The translations under genes were made by a program, and so were the position numbers. The notes beneath the pieces are model-generated. The model worked only from the letters and a program-made list of their open reading frames with translations, did no database searches and was not told where the DNA came from. Of a stretch of 36,595 nucleotides of DNA, positions 15,900 to 24,671 are shown piece by piece; the first letter of the stretch is position 1, and every line of letters begins with the position of its first letter. The stretch is from Candidatus Taenaricola geysiri (lineage in GTDB: Bacteria > Omnitrophota > Gorgyraeia > Taenaricolales > Taenaricolaceae): assembly GCA_002781985.1 (NCBI GenBank), contig PFGP01000125.1, positions 1-36,595 of the forward strand, in the 5' to 3' direction.

Positions 15900-18800
15900 A
15901 TGAGCAGTTTGCCTGAATTTGGAGTTAAAAGGCCAGTCACGAACCTGATGATATTTTTAGGCATCATAATAGTGGCCTTTTACAGTTTAACAAAACTTGG
16001 CATTGATATGATGCCTGAGATTGAACCTCCGGCAATAACGGTTATTTCTTCTTATCCGGGCGCAAGTTCCGAAGATGTTGAAATAAAGGTTACTGAGCCA
16101 TTGGAAAATCAGCTTGCCACAACGCCCGGGATTGAAAAGCTCACATCGCGTTCAATAGAAGGCATATCGTTAATAACCCTTAAATTTAAATGGGGTACAA
16201 ATCTCGACGAGGCATCTAACGATATCCGCGACCGCATAGAGCTTACCAAGCGTTTTCTGCCTGATATACCCAATGAAATGGATAATCCATTTATATTTAA
16301 ATTTAACACAGCCAGCACACCTATTATTTTTATGGGGGTTACTGCCCAGCAGAATTATCCTGACCTTTACGACATTATAGACAAAAGAGTGGGCGACAGT
16401 TTAAGGCAGCTGCCGGGCGTGGGAACCGTGCAGATTTTTGGCGGGCTGCAAAGACAGATCAATATTATAATAAACAGGCAGCGGCTTGAAGGTTATGGGC
16501 TTTCAGTGCTGGATATAGATAAGGCGCTAAAACAGGAAAATGTTACCCAGCCGTTAGGCAGCATAAAGTCCGGGCTCACTGACTACCTTGTGCGGCTACC
16601 GGGTGAATTTGCAACACCTGATGACATAAACCTGATTATAATAGGAACGCGTGACGGCAAGTATGTTTATCTTAAGGATGTAGCGCGCGTTGAGGACAGT
16701 TTTAAAGAAGAATTAATGAAGATCAGGTTTAACAGGCAGCCGTCATTATTACTGATGGCGCAGAAGCAAACAGGCACAAATACTGTTGAAGTAGCGACCA
16801 TGATAAAAAACCGGCTTAAGCAGGTTGAAAAGACGCTGCCGGCAGATGTCAATATGTATATAATTTTTGATACATCAAAAGATATTGTAAGCGCTCTGCA
16901 GTCGCTTAAGAGTACTGTATGGATAGGGATATTTTTGGTAATACTTGTTGTGTGGTTTTTCTTAAGGAGGCTTTCAAGCAGCATAATAATAGCGCTTACA
17001 ATACCTTTTTCGCTTCTGGTCGCGTTTATATATCTTTTTTTAAGCGGCAAGACTATAAATGTAATAAGCCTTTCATCTCTGGCAATAGCCGCGGGAATGG
17101 TTGTTGATAATGCCATTGTTGTCGTGGATAATATCTCGCGCCACATCGAAAAGGGCAAGAGTCCCAAGGAAGCATCCATGTCAGGCGCATCAGAGATTTT
17201 TCTGGCGATAGGCGCTTCTACAATGACTACTGTAATGGTATTTCTGCCGATGTTTTTTATAACAGGCGTTGTGGGTATAATGTTCGGGGAGCTTGCGGTT
17301 ATAGTGACAGTTACGCTTATTGCGTCGCTTTTTACAGCTACTACTTTTACGCCGATGCTTTGCTCTAAGATGTTAAAACCCGGACGGGTTATTTCTAAAA
17401 CAGGATTTTACAGATTGTCAGAAAAAATGTTTGCCGGCTGGGAAGATTTTTATTCAAAGGCGCTCAGGTTTTGCCTGCGCCATAAGAAAATTGTTATCAT
17501 AACGTTTACAGCAGCGTTTATAGTAAGTTTATTGTTAACGCGTTTTATAGGCCATGAATTTATTCCCGAGGAGGATTCCGGAGATATCCGTGTAACCGTT
17601 GAGTTGGCCCTTGGCACGCGGCTTGAAGAAACGGATAAGGTGGCAAAAAGGATAGAGGACATATTTCAGAAATATGTGCCTGAGGCAAAATTTATTTATG
17701 TCAGAAGCGGAGAGACCTCGGGCCAGGGCAGGGTAATGGGCGGAGCAGCCGGAAAGCATGTTGTAAGAAGCGGCGCGAAACTTCTGCCAAAGGTAGAAAG
17801 AAAGCGTTCGGTTAAAGAAGTGGGCCAGGTTGTAAGGGCTCAGATACAGAAGATACCGGGCGTGATGAAGATTGATGTTGCCACTGGTAATCCGATAGGC
17901 AGTATGATAACAGGCCTTGGCGGCAAGGCAATCCAGGTTGAAATTATAGGCCATTCTTTTCTGGAGACAGGCGCATTTGCCGTAAAGGTAAAACGTATTA
18001 TAGAAAGCACGCCCGGCGCGGTTGACGCCAGTATATCAAGGGATATAAGCAGGCCTGAGTTGAGGATAAAAGTTGACAGGCAAAAGGCTGCACTTCTTGG
18101 CCTTACTATGAATACAGTAGCGTCTACAATCAATACTTACATAGAAGGTTCTACAGCAACAAAATACAGGGAAAAAGGCGAAACCTATGATATTAATGTG
18201 CGGCTTGAAGAGGCGTCGCGTTCGAAGATAGAGGATGTAGAGAACATGTCAATAGTTTCTCCTGTAACAGGAAAACAGGTGCGGCTTTCAAATTTTGCCA
18301 AGGTTTACGAGGCCGCAGGCCCTGTTGAAATAGAGCGGCAGAACAGGGAAAGGGTGTTAAGGGTGGAGTGCAACGTTTACGGCCGCTCTGCAGGAAAGAT
18401 TAAGGATGACATCAAAAAAGAACTTGATAAACTGACGATGCCGGCTGATATAATGATAAATTTTGGAGGAGAAGCAGAAGAGCAGCAAAAAGCATTCAGG
18501 GACTTGACGCTTCTTTTGCTTTTAGGCATCATGCTGGTATATATGGTTATGGCAGCGCAGTTTGAATCTTTACTTGATCCATTTATAGTCATGTTTGCAG
18601 TGCCGTTTACTTTTACAGGCGTGTTTGTCGCTTTTATTTTAACAGGCACAACATTGAGCCTTATTACATTTTTGGGAATAATTATGTTGATGGGTATTGT
18701 TGTCAATAATGCCATAGTGCTTATAAGTTATATAAATATTTTGCGCAGCCGCGGGCTGTCAATGATTGAAGCAGTTACAACAGGCGGCAAGGAAAGGCTG

Positions 18801-19007
18801 CGGCCGGTTTTAATGACAACTATAACAACGCTTGCCGGGCTCCTGCCTCTTGCGCTTTCGCGCGGAGAAGGGTCTGAGACATGGCAGCCTTTAGGTATTA
18901 CTATGATAGGCGGGCTTTCAGTTTCAACCCTGGTTACTTTACTTTTTGTGCCTACTCTTTATGCTATATTTGAAAGCCGCCTGCGAAAACGCAGCGAGAC
19001 GTCTTGA
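15900..19007 (+). CDS. RND efflux permease (AcrB/HAE family)
   Basis: About 1035 aa with 12 TM helices and two large periplasmic loops. The N-terminus (FGVKRPVTNLMIF) and the VDNAIVV / VNNAIVL motifs are typical. The ATG at 15900 follows GAGGAG; the listed start at 15879 is less likely. Confidence 0.95.
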   Translation: MSSLPEFGVKRPVTNLMIFLGIIIVAFYSLTKLGIDMMPEIEPPAITVISSYPGASSEDVEIKVTEPLENQLATTPGIEKLTSRSIEGISLITLKFKWGTNLDEASNDIRDRIELTKRFLPDIPNEMDNPFIFKFNTASTPIIFMGVTAQQNYPDLYDIIDKRVGDSLRQLPGVGTVQIFGGLQRQINIIINRQRLEGYGLSVLDIDKALKQENVTQPLGSIKSGLTDYLVRLPGEFATPDDINLIIIGTRDGKYVYLKDVARVEDSFKEELMKIRFNRQPSLLLMAQKQTGTNTVEVATMIKNRLKQVEKTLPADVNMYIIFDTSKDIVSALQSLKSTVWIGIFLVILVVWFFLRRLSSSIIIALTIPFSLLVAFIYLFLSGKTINVISLSSLAIAAGMVVDNAIVVVDNISRHIEKGKSPKEASMSGASEIFLAIGASTMTTVMVFLPMFFITGVVGIMFGELAVIVTVTLIASLFTATTFTPMLCSKMLKPGRVISKTGFYRLSEKMFAGWEDFYSKALRFCLRHKKIVIITFTAAFIVSLLLTRFIGHEFIPEEDSGDIRVTVELALGTRLEETDKVAKRIEDIFQKYVPEAKFIYVRSGETSGQGRVMGGAAGKHVVRSGAKLLPKVERKRSVKEVGQVVRAQIQKIPGVMKIDVATGNPIGSMITGLGGKAIQVEIIGHSFLETGAFAVKVKRIIESTPGAVDASISRDISRPELRIKVDRQKAALLGLTMNTVASTINTYIEGSTATKYREKGETYDINVRLEEASRSKIEDVENMSIVSPVTGKQVRLSNFAKVYEAAGPVEIERQNRERVLRVECNVYGRSAGKIKDDIKKELDKLTMPADIMINFGGEAEEQQKAFRDLTLLLLLGIMLVYMVMAAQFESLLDPFIVMFAVPFTFTGVFVAFILTGTTLSLITFLGIIMLMGIVVNNAIVLISYINILRSRGLSMIEAVTTGGKERLRPVLMTTITTLAGLLPLALSRGEGSETWQPLGITMIGGLSVSTLVTLLFVPTLYAIFESRLRKRSETS

Positions 19008-19008
19008 A

Positions 19009-19025
19009 AAAATACTTTGTATTTT
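19009..19025. promoter_or_regulatory. Inverted repeat AAAATAC-TTT-GTATTTT, copy 1
   Basis: A perfect 7-3-7 palindrome. The 20-nt block at 19007-19026 is repeated exactly at 19076-19095. Confidence 0.3.
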
Positions 19026-19039
19026 TATGCGTTAAAAAA

Positions 19040-19071
19040 GATCCTTCGTCCCAAAAAAGGGGCTCAGGATC
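19040..19071 (+). other. Hairpin with UC/UC internal loop after the RND stop
   Basis: The structure is GATCCT/TC/GTCCC, an AAAAAA loop, then GGGGC/TC/AGGATC. It has the same 2x2 UC/UC internal-loop design as H1 of the leader elements. No T run follows. Confidence 0.4.
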
Positions 19072-19077
19072 AATAAA

Positions 19078-19094
19078 AAAATACTTTGTATTTT
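19078..19094. promoter_or_regulatory. Inverted repeat AAAATAC-TTT-GTATTTT, copy 2, abutting the -35 element
   Basis: The same palindrome as copy 1, ending 4 nt before the TTGACA at 19099. Confidence 0.3.
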
Positions 19095-19098
19095 TTTA

Positions 19099-19127
19099 TT
19101 GACAATATGATACTAATATGGTATCAT
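19099..19127 (+). promoter_or_regulatory. Sigma-70-type promoter upstream of leader-element copy 4
   Basis: TTGACA (19099-19104), a 17-nt spacer, then TATCAT (19122-19127) preceded by TGg. The palindrome ATGATAC-N7-GTATCAT (19107-19127) overlaps the spacer and the -10 element. Confidence 0.6.
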
Positions 19128-19140
19128 TTATAAAGATGAG

Positions 19141-19226
19141 AAAGTCCCTCGCGACTAAACGAGATAGCTGGTCACTCGGGACAATTTTTTAAGATGTGAT
19201 AACTGGAAAAATTGGAGGTGATTTTT
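19141..19226 (+). repeat. Two-hairpin intergenic leader element, copy 4 (lies downstream of a promoter, so in a 5' UTR)
   Basis: H1 is at 19144-19182 (inner helix GCGAC:GTCAC, one mismatch). H2 is CAATTTTT (19182-19189) paired with AAAAATTG (19207-19214). GGAGG is at 19214-19218 and the ATG at 19227. Confidence 0.8.
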
Positions 19227-19541
19227 ATGAAGAGGATTATGACAGTAGTAGCATTAACAGCGCTTGTTATGTTTGTTTTTTCAGGTATTTCTTACGTTGT
19301 GTGCGGCACCTGTTATGCAGGCGAGAAGACAAATGTTAATGGCGGTCAGGTTGATGCAGCGGCGCTTGTGCCTATAAATAGGACATGCCCTGTAATGGGA
19401 GGGGAGATTTCAAAAGACACAGAATATTATGCTGTGGTCAATGGCGAGAAGATAGGTTTTTGCTGTGCGGGTTGTGTAGAAGCGTTTAACAAGGACCCGA
19501 AAAAATATACAGACAAGGTAAAGGCCGAACTGGCCAGTTAG
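19227..19541 (+). CDS. Secreted or membrane-anchored YHS/TRASH-like metal-binding domain protein
   Basis: It has an N-terminal hydrophobic signal/anchor. The C-terminal CPVMGGEI...GEKIGFCCAGCVEAFNKDPKKY resembles YHS-domain proteins. The ATG at 19227 is preferred because the listed TTG at 19212 lies inside the SD helix. Confidence 0.55.
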   Translation: MKRIMTVVALTALVMFVFSGISYVVCGTCYAGEKTNVNGGQVDAAALVPINRTCPVMGGEISKDTEYYAVVNGEKIGFCCAGCVEAFNKDPKKYTDKVKAELAS

Positions 19542-19645
19542 AGGAAGTCCCTCGTCCCGAGACGCCAGCACATAAAATGCTTGCGGCGAGGGGCTCGGGA
19601 CGAATTTTACTACCCGTGATAGTGGGTAAAATTTGGAGGTGTAAT
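19542..19645 (+). repeat. Two-hairpin intergenic leader element, copy 5 (extended-stem variant)
   Basis: GGAAG, then H1 at 19547-19601. H2 is CGAATTTTA (19601-19609) paired with TAAAATTTG (19627-19635). GGAGG is at 19635-19639 and the ATG at 19646. Confidence 0.8.
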
Positions 19646-19729
19646 ATGAAAGTGACTGTCAGATATATGCTGCGCCCGGTTGCGCACTGTAAAGAAGGTT
19701 GTAGTATTTTGTCCCTGGCAAGACATTAA
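19646..19729 (+). CDS. Candidate 27-aa small ORF (MKVTVRYMLRPVAHCKEGCSILSLARH)
   Basis: It is preceded by a complete leader element, with GGAGGTGTAAT-ATG identical to the TPR gene's initiation region. No homology is recognised. Confidence 0.3.
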   Translation: MKVTVRYMLRPVAHCKEGCSILSLARH

Positions 19730-19749
19730 ACTGCCACACTTTAAAATTT

Positions 19750-19778
19750 CGGGGACACCTCTTAAAGAGGTGTCCCCG
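19750..19778 (+). other. Perfect 12-bp GC-rich hairpin/palindrome upstream of the Rrf2 gene
   Basis: CGGGGACACCTC, a TTAAA loop, then GAGGTGTCCCCG. No T run follows on either strand. Confidence 0.5.
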
Positions 19779-19792
19779 CCGAAAGCGAGAAC

Positions 19793-20203
19793 ATGAAGCT
19801 TATAACAAAAGATACTGATTACGCAATAAGAGCGCTTTGCTGCATAGCAAAAAATAAGAAAAAGGGTGATATTGCCTGCGTGACAGATCTTGTTAAATGC
19901 CTTAAGATACCAAAGCCGTTTTTGCGTAAAATATTGCAGGCGCTGAATAAATGCGGCCTGCTTTTGTCGTTTAAGGGCCCATGCGGAGGGTTCAGATTGA
20001 ATAAACCGGCAGATAAAATATTTATAACAGATATCATGCAGGTATTTCAGGGGCCTTTTATGCTTTGCGAGCATACATTTAAAACTGGGCCGTGCCATGA
20101 TGTTAAAAAATGTATATTTAAAAAAAAACTGGATGCGATAGGAGTATATGTTAAAAAAGAGCTTGGCACTATAACGATAAAGGATCTGATAAAAGGGAGT
20201 TGA
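19793..20203 (+). CDS. Rrf2-family transcriptional regulator (probable Fe-S cluster-binding type)
   Basis: 136 aa. The N-terminal DYAIRALCCIA..wHTH and a C-terminal trio of Cys residues (C..C.....C) are as in IscR/NsrR-like members. Confidence 0.9.
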   Translation: MKLITKDTDYAIRALCCIAKNKKKGDIACVTDLVKCLKIPKPFLRKILQALNKCGLLLSFKGPCGGFRLNKPADKIFITDIMQVFQGPFMLCEHTFKTGPCHDVKKCIFKKKLDAIGVYVKKELGTITIKDLIKGS

Positions 20204-20205
20204 GT

Positions 20206-21048
20206 ATGGCAAAACGCAAGATAATAAAAATAGATTCTGATAAATGTAATGGCTGCGGGCTTTGTATACCTAATTGTCCTGAAGGCGCAATTCAAATGAT
20301 AGATAAAAAAGCCAGGCTTATAAGCGATTTGTTTTGCGACGGGCTTGGCGCCTGCCTTGGGCATTGCCCGCAGGGTGCCATTACTATAGAGGAAAGAGAA
20401 GCCGTTGAATACGATGAGAAAAAAACAATGGAAAACATCGTAAAGCACGGTGAAAATACTATTAAGGCGCACTTAGAACATTTAAAAAGCCACGGCCAGG
20501 ATAAATATTATAAGGAAGCGCTTGAGTTTTTAAAGGAAAGAGGGATAGATATGAAAGTAGAAAAACCAAAGCATGTTCATGGTGGTATGTCCGGATGCCC
20601 TGGTTCAAGGATGATGGACTTTACAAAAGAACAAGCAGGCGCAGGGGATGCAGAAGGCACAAGGCAGTCGCAGCTCAGGCAGTGGCCTATACAGTTACAT
20701 CTTGTATCTCCAATAGCGCCGTATTTTCAGAAAGCAGATGTTTTATTGTCAGCGGATTGCGTTGCCTATACTGTAGGCGATTTTCATAAAGATTATCTAA
20801 AAGGAAAAAGTTTGGCGATTGCATGTCCGAAGCTTGACGAGGGCAAAGAGATTTATATAGAAAAAATAAAATCTCTTATAGATGACGCAAAGATTAACAC
20901 GCTTACTGTTATGACTATGGAGGTTCCTTGCTGCCATGGCCTGGTTGCTTTAGCACAGGAGGCAGCGCAAACAGCAAAAAGAAAGATACCTATTAAATCT
21001 ATGATTGTTAGTTTGAAAGGTAAGGTATTAAGCGAGGAGTGGTTATAA
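20206..21048 (+). CDS. 4Fe-4S dicluster domain protein with a Cys-rich C-terminal domain
   Basis: It has CNGCGLCIPNCP and CDGLGACLGHCP ferredoxin motifs. The ATG at 20206 lies 6 nt after AGGGAG, and the listed TTG at 20200 overlaps the Rrf2 stop. Confidence 0.75.
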   Translation: MAKRKIIKIDSDKCNGCGLCIPNCPEGAIQMIDKKARLISDLFCDGLGACLGHCPQGAITIEEREAVEYDEKKTMENIVKHGENTIKAHLEHLKSHGQDKYYKEALEFLKERGIDMKVEKPKHVHGGMSGCPGSRMMDFTKEQAGAGDAEGTRQSQLRQWPIQLHLVSPIAPYFQKADVLLSADCVAYTVGDFHKDYLKGKSLAIACPKLDEGKEIYIEKIKSLIDDAKINTLTVMTMEVPCCHGLVALAQEAAQTAKRKIPIKSMIVSLKGKVLSEEWL

Positions 21049-21074
21049 TAAAGCCGATTTTAGAATATTTTGGT

Positions 21075-21121
21075 TTGTAACTTGTTTAATTTCAATGGGT
21101 TAAAATGCGGTGCCTGGCACC
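21075..21121 (+). repeat. 47-bp palindrome-ended repeat, copy C (solo)
   Basis: TTGTAAC (21075-21081), an 18-nt spacer, TTAAAATGC, then GGTGCCTGGCACC (21109-21121). Confidence 0.8.
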
Positions 21122-21139
21122 GGGAAAGAGAGATAGAAA

Positions 21140-21370
21140 ATGGCGGATGATTTGAAGAAGAAAGTGGAAGCAGCGTTAAATACCATAAGGCCGCATTTAC
21201 AGGCAGATGGAGGTGGTATAGAATTAGTATCTGTTGAAGGCGGAGTTGTTAAGGTTCGTCTTCAGGGCGCGTGCAGCGGATGCCCTATGTCGCAGATGAC
21301 AATGGTTAATGGGGTTGAGAAGGCGATAAAAAAAGATGTGCCAGAGATAAAAAAGGTGGTTGCGGTTTAA
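21140..21370 (+). CDS. NifU C-terminal-domain (Nfu-type) Fe-S scaffold/carrier protein
   Basis: 76 aa with IRPHLQADGGGIELV and GACSGCPMS motifs. Confidence 0.85.
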   Translation: MADDLKKKVEAALNTIRPHLQADGGGIELVSVEGGVVKVRLQGACSGCPMSQMTMVNGVEKAIKKDVPEIKKVVAV

Positions 21371-21396
21371 AGGCAGATTTAACAGGGGGTTAAAAT

Positions 21397-22695
21397 ATGT
21401 TTTGCGATCAGTGTGAACAAGCCGCAGGCGGCACAGGATGCGCGTCAAAAATCGGGACATGCGGGAAAAATGAAGATATACACAGCCTGCAGGATACATT
21501 AATATATGGTTTAAAGGGCATTGCCGCGTATGCGTATCATGCAAGAGAGTTTGGGGCAAGAGATGAAGAGGTTGATGCCTTTATGCACGAGGCGTTGTTT
21601 ACTACGTTGACCAACGTCAGTTTTGATTTAAATCAGCACCTTGATATGGCGCTGCGTTGCGGTAGGATTAATCTTAAAATTATGGAATTACTTAACAATG
21701 CGCATACGAAGGCCTTTGGAAATCCTGTGCCAACAATAGTTGAAATAGTCACAAAGAAAGGCCCAGGTATATTAGTTACAGGCCATGACCTTTTGGCGCT
21801 GGAGAAACTTTTGAAACAGGCAGAACCTGAAGGCGTTAATATTTATACTCACGGTGAAATGCTGCCTGCTCACGGTTATCCGGGATTAAAAAAATTTAAG
21901 AATCTCGTAGGTAATTACGGTGGGGCATGGCAGGATCAGAAGGATGAGTTTAAATATTTTAGCGGCCCTATTTTGATTACGACAAATTGTGTGCAGATAC
22001 CGCATAAGGATACATACCTTGACAGGCTTTTCACTATGGGTATTACAGGTGTTCCCGGAGCAAAGCATATAACAGAAATGGATTTCAGCCAGATTATAAA
22101 AATGGCAAAATCACTGCCGCCTTTACTTGATACTGCAGGCACAAAGGTATCTACAGGTTTTCATTATACAGCTGTTCTTGGGCTTGCTGATAAAATTAAA
22201 GCTGCTGTTACATCAGGCAAGATCAAGCATTTTTTCTTAGTAGGCGGATGTGATGGGGCAAAGACCGGCAGAAGTTATTATACAGAGTTTGCCAAGATGG
22301 TGCCAAAGGATTGCGTTATTGTAACGCTTGCCTGCGGAAAATACAGGTTTAACAAATTGGATTTTGGCGATATAGATGGTATACCAAGGCTTATTGATGT
22401 TGGCCAATGCAATGACGCGTATTCGGCGATACAAATAGCCCTTGCTTTAGCAAAACTTTTTGATACAGATGTAAACAAACTGCCGCTTAGCTTTGTGCTT
22501 TCATGGTATGAGCAGAAAGCAGTTGCCATATTGCTTACATTGTTGTATCTTGGTATAAAGGGTATGTATATAGGTCCGACGCCGCCCGCATTTTTTACAA
22601 AAAATGTTTTACAGGTGGTGCAGGATAAGTTCGACCTAAGGCTTATAGGAAACCCAAGAAAAGACTTAGAAGAGATGTTGAGTAGGAAAAGATGA
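21397..22695 (+). CDS. hcp: Hybrid-cluster protein (hydroxylamine reductase), short form
   Basis: The N-terminal MFCDQCEQAAGGTGC cysteine motif is present. The 432-aa length indicates the short class. Confidence 0.88.
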   Translation: MFCDQCEQAAGGTGCASKIGTCGKNEDIHSLQDTLIYGLKGIAAYAYHAREFGARDEEVDAFMHEALFTTLTNVSFDLNQHLDMALRCGRINLKIMELLNNAHTKAFGNPVPTIVEIVTKKGPGILVTGHDLLALEKLLKQAEPEGVNIYTHGEMLPAHGYPGLKKFKNLVGNYGGAWQDQKDEFKYFSGPILITTNCVQIPHKDTYLDRLFTMGITGVPGAKHITEMDFSQIIKMAKSLPPLLDTAGTKVSTGFHYTAVLGLADKIKAAVTSGKIKHFFLVGGCDGAKTGRSYYTEFAKMVPKDCVIVTLACGKYRFNKLDFGDIDGIPRLIDVGQCNDAYSAIQIALALAKLFDTDVNKLPLSFVLSWYEQKAVAILLTLLYLGIKGMYIGPTPPAFFTKNVLQVVQDKFDLRLIGNPRKDLEEMLSRKR

Positions 22696-22780
22696 GTCCC
22701 TCGTCACTAAACGTGCTATCTGGTGACTCGGGACAAATTTTACAAATCGAGATAGCTGGTAAAATTTGGAGGATTTAACC
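22696..22780 (+). repeat. Two-hairpin intergenic leader element, copy 6 (cleanest exemplar)
   Basis: H1 at 22696-22734 is GTCCC/TC/GTCAC, a 15-nt loop, then GTGAC/TC/GGGAC. H2 is CAAATTTTA (22734-22742) paired with TAAAATTTG (22760-22768). GGAGG is at 22768-22772 and the ATG at 22781. Confidence 0.85.
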
Positions 22781-23176
22781 ATGGCGGAATTAAAAGATTT
22801 ATTTCAGAGCGCAGACTGGAAGGCGGAGAAACATGCCCCGGTAATAGACGCGCCGGAAAATATTAAAAAGGGCGAATTTTTTAAAATAACGGCAACCGTT
22901 GGCAAAAGTATAGCGCATCCAAACAAAACAGAACATCATATAGCGTGGATAGAGGTTTATTTTCAGGCAACAGGCGAAAAGTTTCCGTACCAGATAGTCA
23001 GGGCCGATTTCACAGCGCATGGCGCTTCAGCTCAGGGGCCTGACACAAGCAGTATTTATACGTACCCGGAAGTTTCGGTTAGTTTTAAGACAGACAAGCC
23101 GGGCGCAATATACGCATCAAGCTATTGCAATATACACGGGCTATGGCAGGGATTGAAAGAGATAAAAATAGGTTAA
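22781..23176 (+). CDS. sor: Superoxide reductase, 1Fe type (neelaredoxin-like)
   Basis: The EKHAPVI, HPNKTEHHIAWIE and CNIHGLW motifs supply the His4-Cys iron ligands. The ATG at 22781 is preferred because the listed TTG at 22766 lies within the SD helix. Confidence 0.85.
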   Translation: MAELKDLFQSADWKAEKHAPVIDAPENIKKGEFFKITATVGKSIAHPNKTEHHIAWIEVYFQATGEKFPYQIVRADFTAHGASAQGPDTSSIYTYPEVSVSFKTDKPGAIYASSYCNIHGLWQGLKEIKIG

Positions 23177-23182
23177 AATTAT

Positions 23183-23881
23183 ATGAAGCCGCAGAAAGCC
23201 ATTGTTGTAAGTGTAATAAAAAGGGCAGAGTATGTAAGGAGCCTGCGTTTTTTACCGGAGCAGCAGTTGCCTTTTAAGGCAGGCCAGTTTTTACGCCTTG
23301 AAATCGGAGAAAATAAGTTAAAGAGATATCTTTCGATTTCAAATTCTCCCACAGAGACAGGATATTTAGAGGTTACAAAGAAGCTTACAGGCAGCGATTT
23401 TTCAAAAGCGCTTGATGGTTTAAAATCAGGCGATACTGTGTTTATTGAGTATCCTATGGGTAGTTTTATCCTTGATGAGAAGCCGTTGAAAATAGCCTTT
23501 CTTTCAGGCGGTATAGGCATTACTCCGATAAGAAGTATGATAAAGTACGCCACTGATAAAAAACTCGACTTTAACATAGCTTTGCTATATGTGAATAAAA
23601 CAGTGGATGATATAGTGTTCAGGCAGGATTTTGAGGATATGCAAGCAGCAAATCCGCAATTTAAACTTGTAAATGTGCTTAGCGAGCCTGCAGGCAGCAT
23701 AGATTGTAAAATAGGCAGAATAGATAGCCATATAATAGAGGAAGCTATACCTGATTTTGCTGAGAGAAGATTTTATATATGCGGACCGCCGGAGATGGTT
23801 AGCGCAATGAAAAATATACTGCTAAATGAATTGCATATGCCGACAGAGGCTGTTGTAACGGAAAATTTCCAAGGTTATTGA
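23183..23881 (+). CDS. FNR-like FAD/NAD(P)-binding oxidoreductase
   Basis: 232 aa with an RxYS-type FAD motif (KRYLSIS), plus GGIGITP and ICGPP motifs. Confidence 0.8.
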   Translation: MKPQKAIVVSVIKRAEYVRSLRFLPEQQLPFKAGQFLRLEIGENKLKRYLSISNSPTETGYLEVTKKLTGSDFSKALDGLKSGDTVFIEYPMGSFILDEKPLKIAFLSGGIGITPIRSMIKYATDKKLDFNIALLYVNKTVDDIVFRQDFEDMQAANPQFKLVNVLSEPAGSIDCKIGRIDSHIIEEAIPDFAERRFYICGPPEMVSAMKNILLNELHMPTEAVVTENFQGY

Positions 23882-23883
23882 GC

Positions 23884-23912
23884 TTGAATTTTTACGCGTA
23901 ACATTGTATAAT
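23884..23912 (+). promoter_or_regulatory. Sigma-70-type promoter of the ZIP transporter gene (near-leaderless)
   Basis: TTGAAT (23884-23889), a 17-nt spacer, then TATAAT (23907-23912). The ATG at 23921 is only 8 nt downstream and there is no SD. Confidence 0.6.
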
Positions 23913-23920
23913 AATTAACC

Positions 23921-24661
23921 ATGACCCTCCTATATATAATAATAAGCATATCCATAGTAAGCCTTGTATCTTTAATAGGCATATTCACGCTTTTTATAAA
24001 AAAGCAGACATCCCTTGATAAAATCCTTTTTATACTGGTAAGTTTTGCCATAGGCTCGCTTTTAGGGGCTGCATTTCTTGATATATTGCCTGAGGCATTT
24101 GATGTAGCAGGCGAAAATATTTTCGTTTCCGTGCTTTTTGGTATAATGTTGTTTTTTATCATGGAGAAATTTCTGTTTTGGTATCATTGTCATAAGGGCG
24201 ACTGTGATATTCATACATTCAAATATATGAACCTTATAGGCGATGGCATACATAATTTCTTAGACGGCATGATAATAGCCACGGCGTTTATAACAAGCCG
24301 GTCATTGGGCATAATCACAACTATTGCAATACTGCTACATGAGATACCTCAGGAATTGGGTGATTTTGGCATATTGTGTTACGGAGGTTTTAGCAGGATG
24401 AAGGCATTATTCTACAATTTTTTGACAGCGCTTACAGCGTTCTTGGGCGCTTTTATTGTTTATATTTTTGCTGCCAGAATAGAGGGGCTTACCAGTCATA
24501 TATTAGGTTTTGCAGCAGGCGGATTTATATATATAGCCTGCACAGACCTTATGCCTGAGCTGGGAAAAGAGATTAACCCGAAAAAGGCGTTGAAGCAGCT
24601 CATTTTTATATCTTTAGGCATAGCTTTGATCTGGGGCGGTAAACTGATATTTCATAATTAA
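23921..24661 (+). CDS. ZIP-family divalent metal transporter
   Basis: 246 aa, multi-TM, with the [13 protein letters not shown] signature. Confidence 0.8.
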   Translation: MTLLYIIISISIVSLVSLIGIFTLFIKKQTSLDKILFILVSFAIGSLLGAAFLDILPEAFDVAGENIFVSVLFGIMLFFIMEKFLFWYHCHKGDCDIHTFKYMNLIGDGIHNFLDGMIIATAFITSRSLGIITTIAILLHEIPQELGDFGILCYGGFSRMKALFYNFLTALTAFLGAFIVYIFAARIEGLTSHILGFAAGGFIYIACTDLMPELGKEINPKKALKQLIFISLGIALIWGGKLIFHN

Positions 24662-24671
24662 AGTAGTTGTT

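Noticed and set aside
19610-20212. 200-aa minus-strand ORF spanning leader copy 5, the sORF and the whole Rrf2 gene.
   Set aside because: It is a shadow ORF opposite a clear Rrf2-family gene. Its composition is low-complexity and Tyr/Phe/Lys-rich, typical of antisense AT-rich sequence. The same reasoning applies to the other long antisense ORFs inside hss, the RND genes and others (for example 16667-17179 and 34102-34572).
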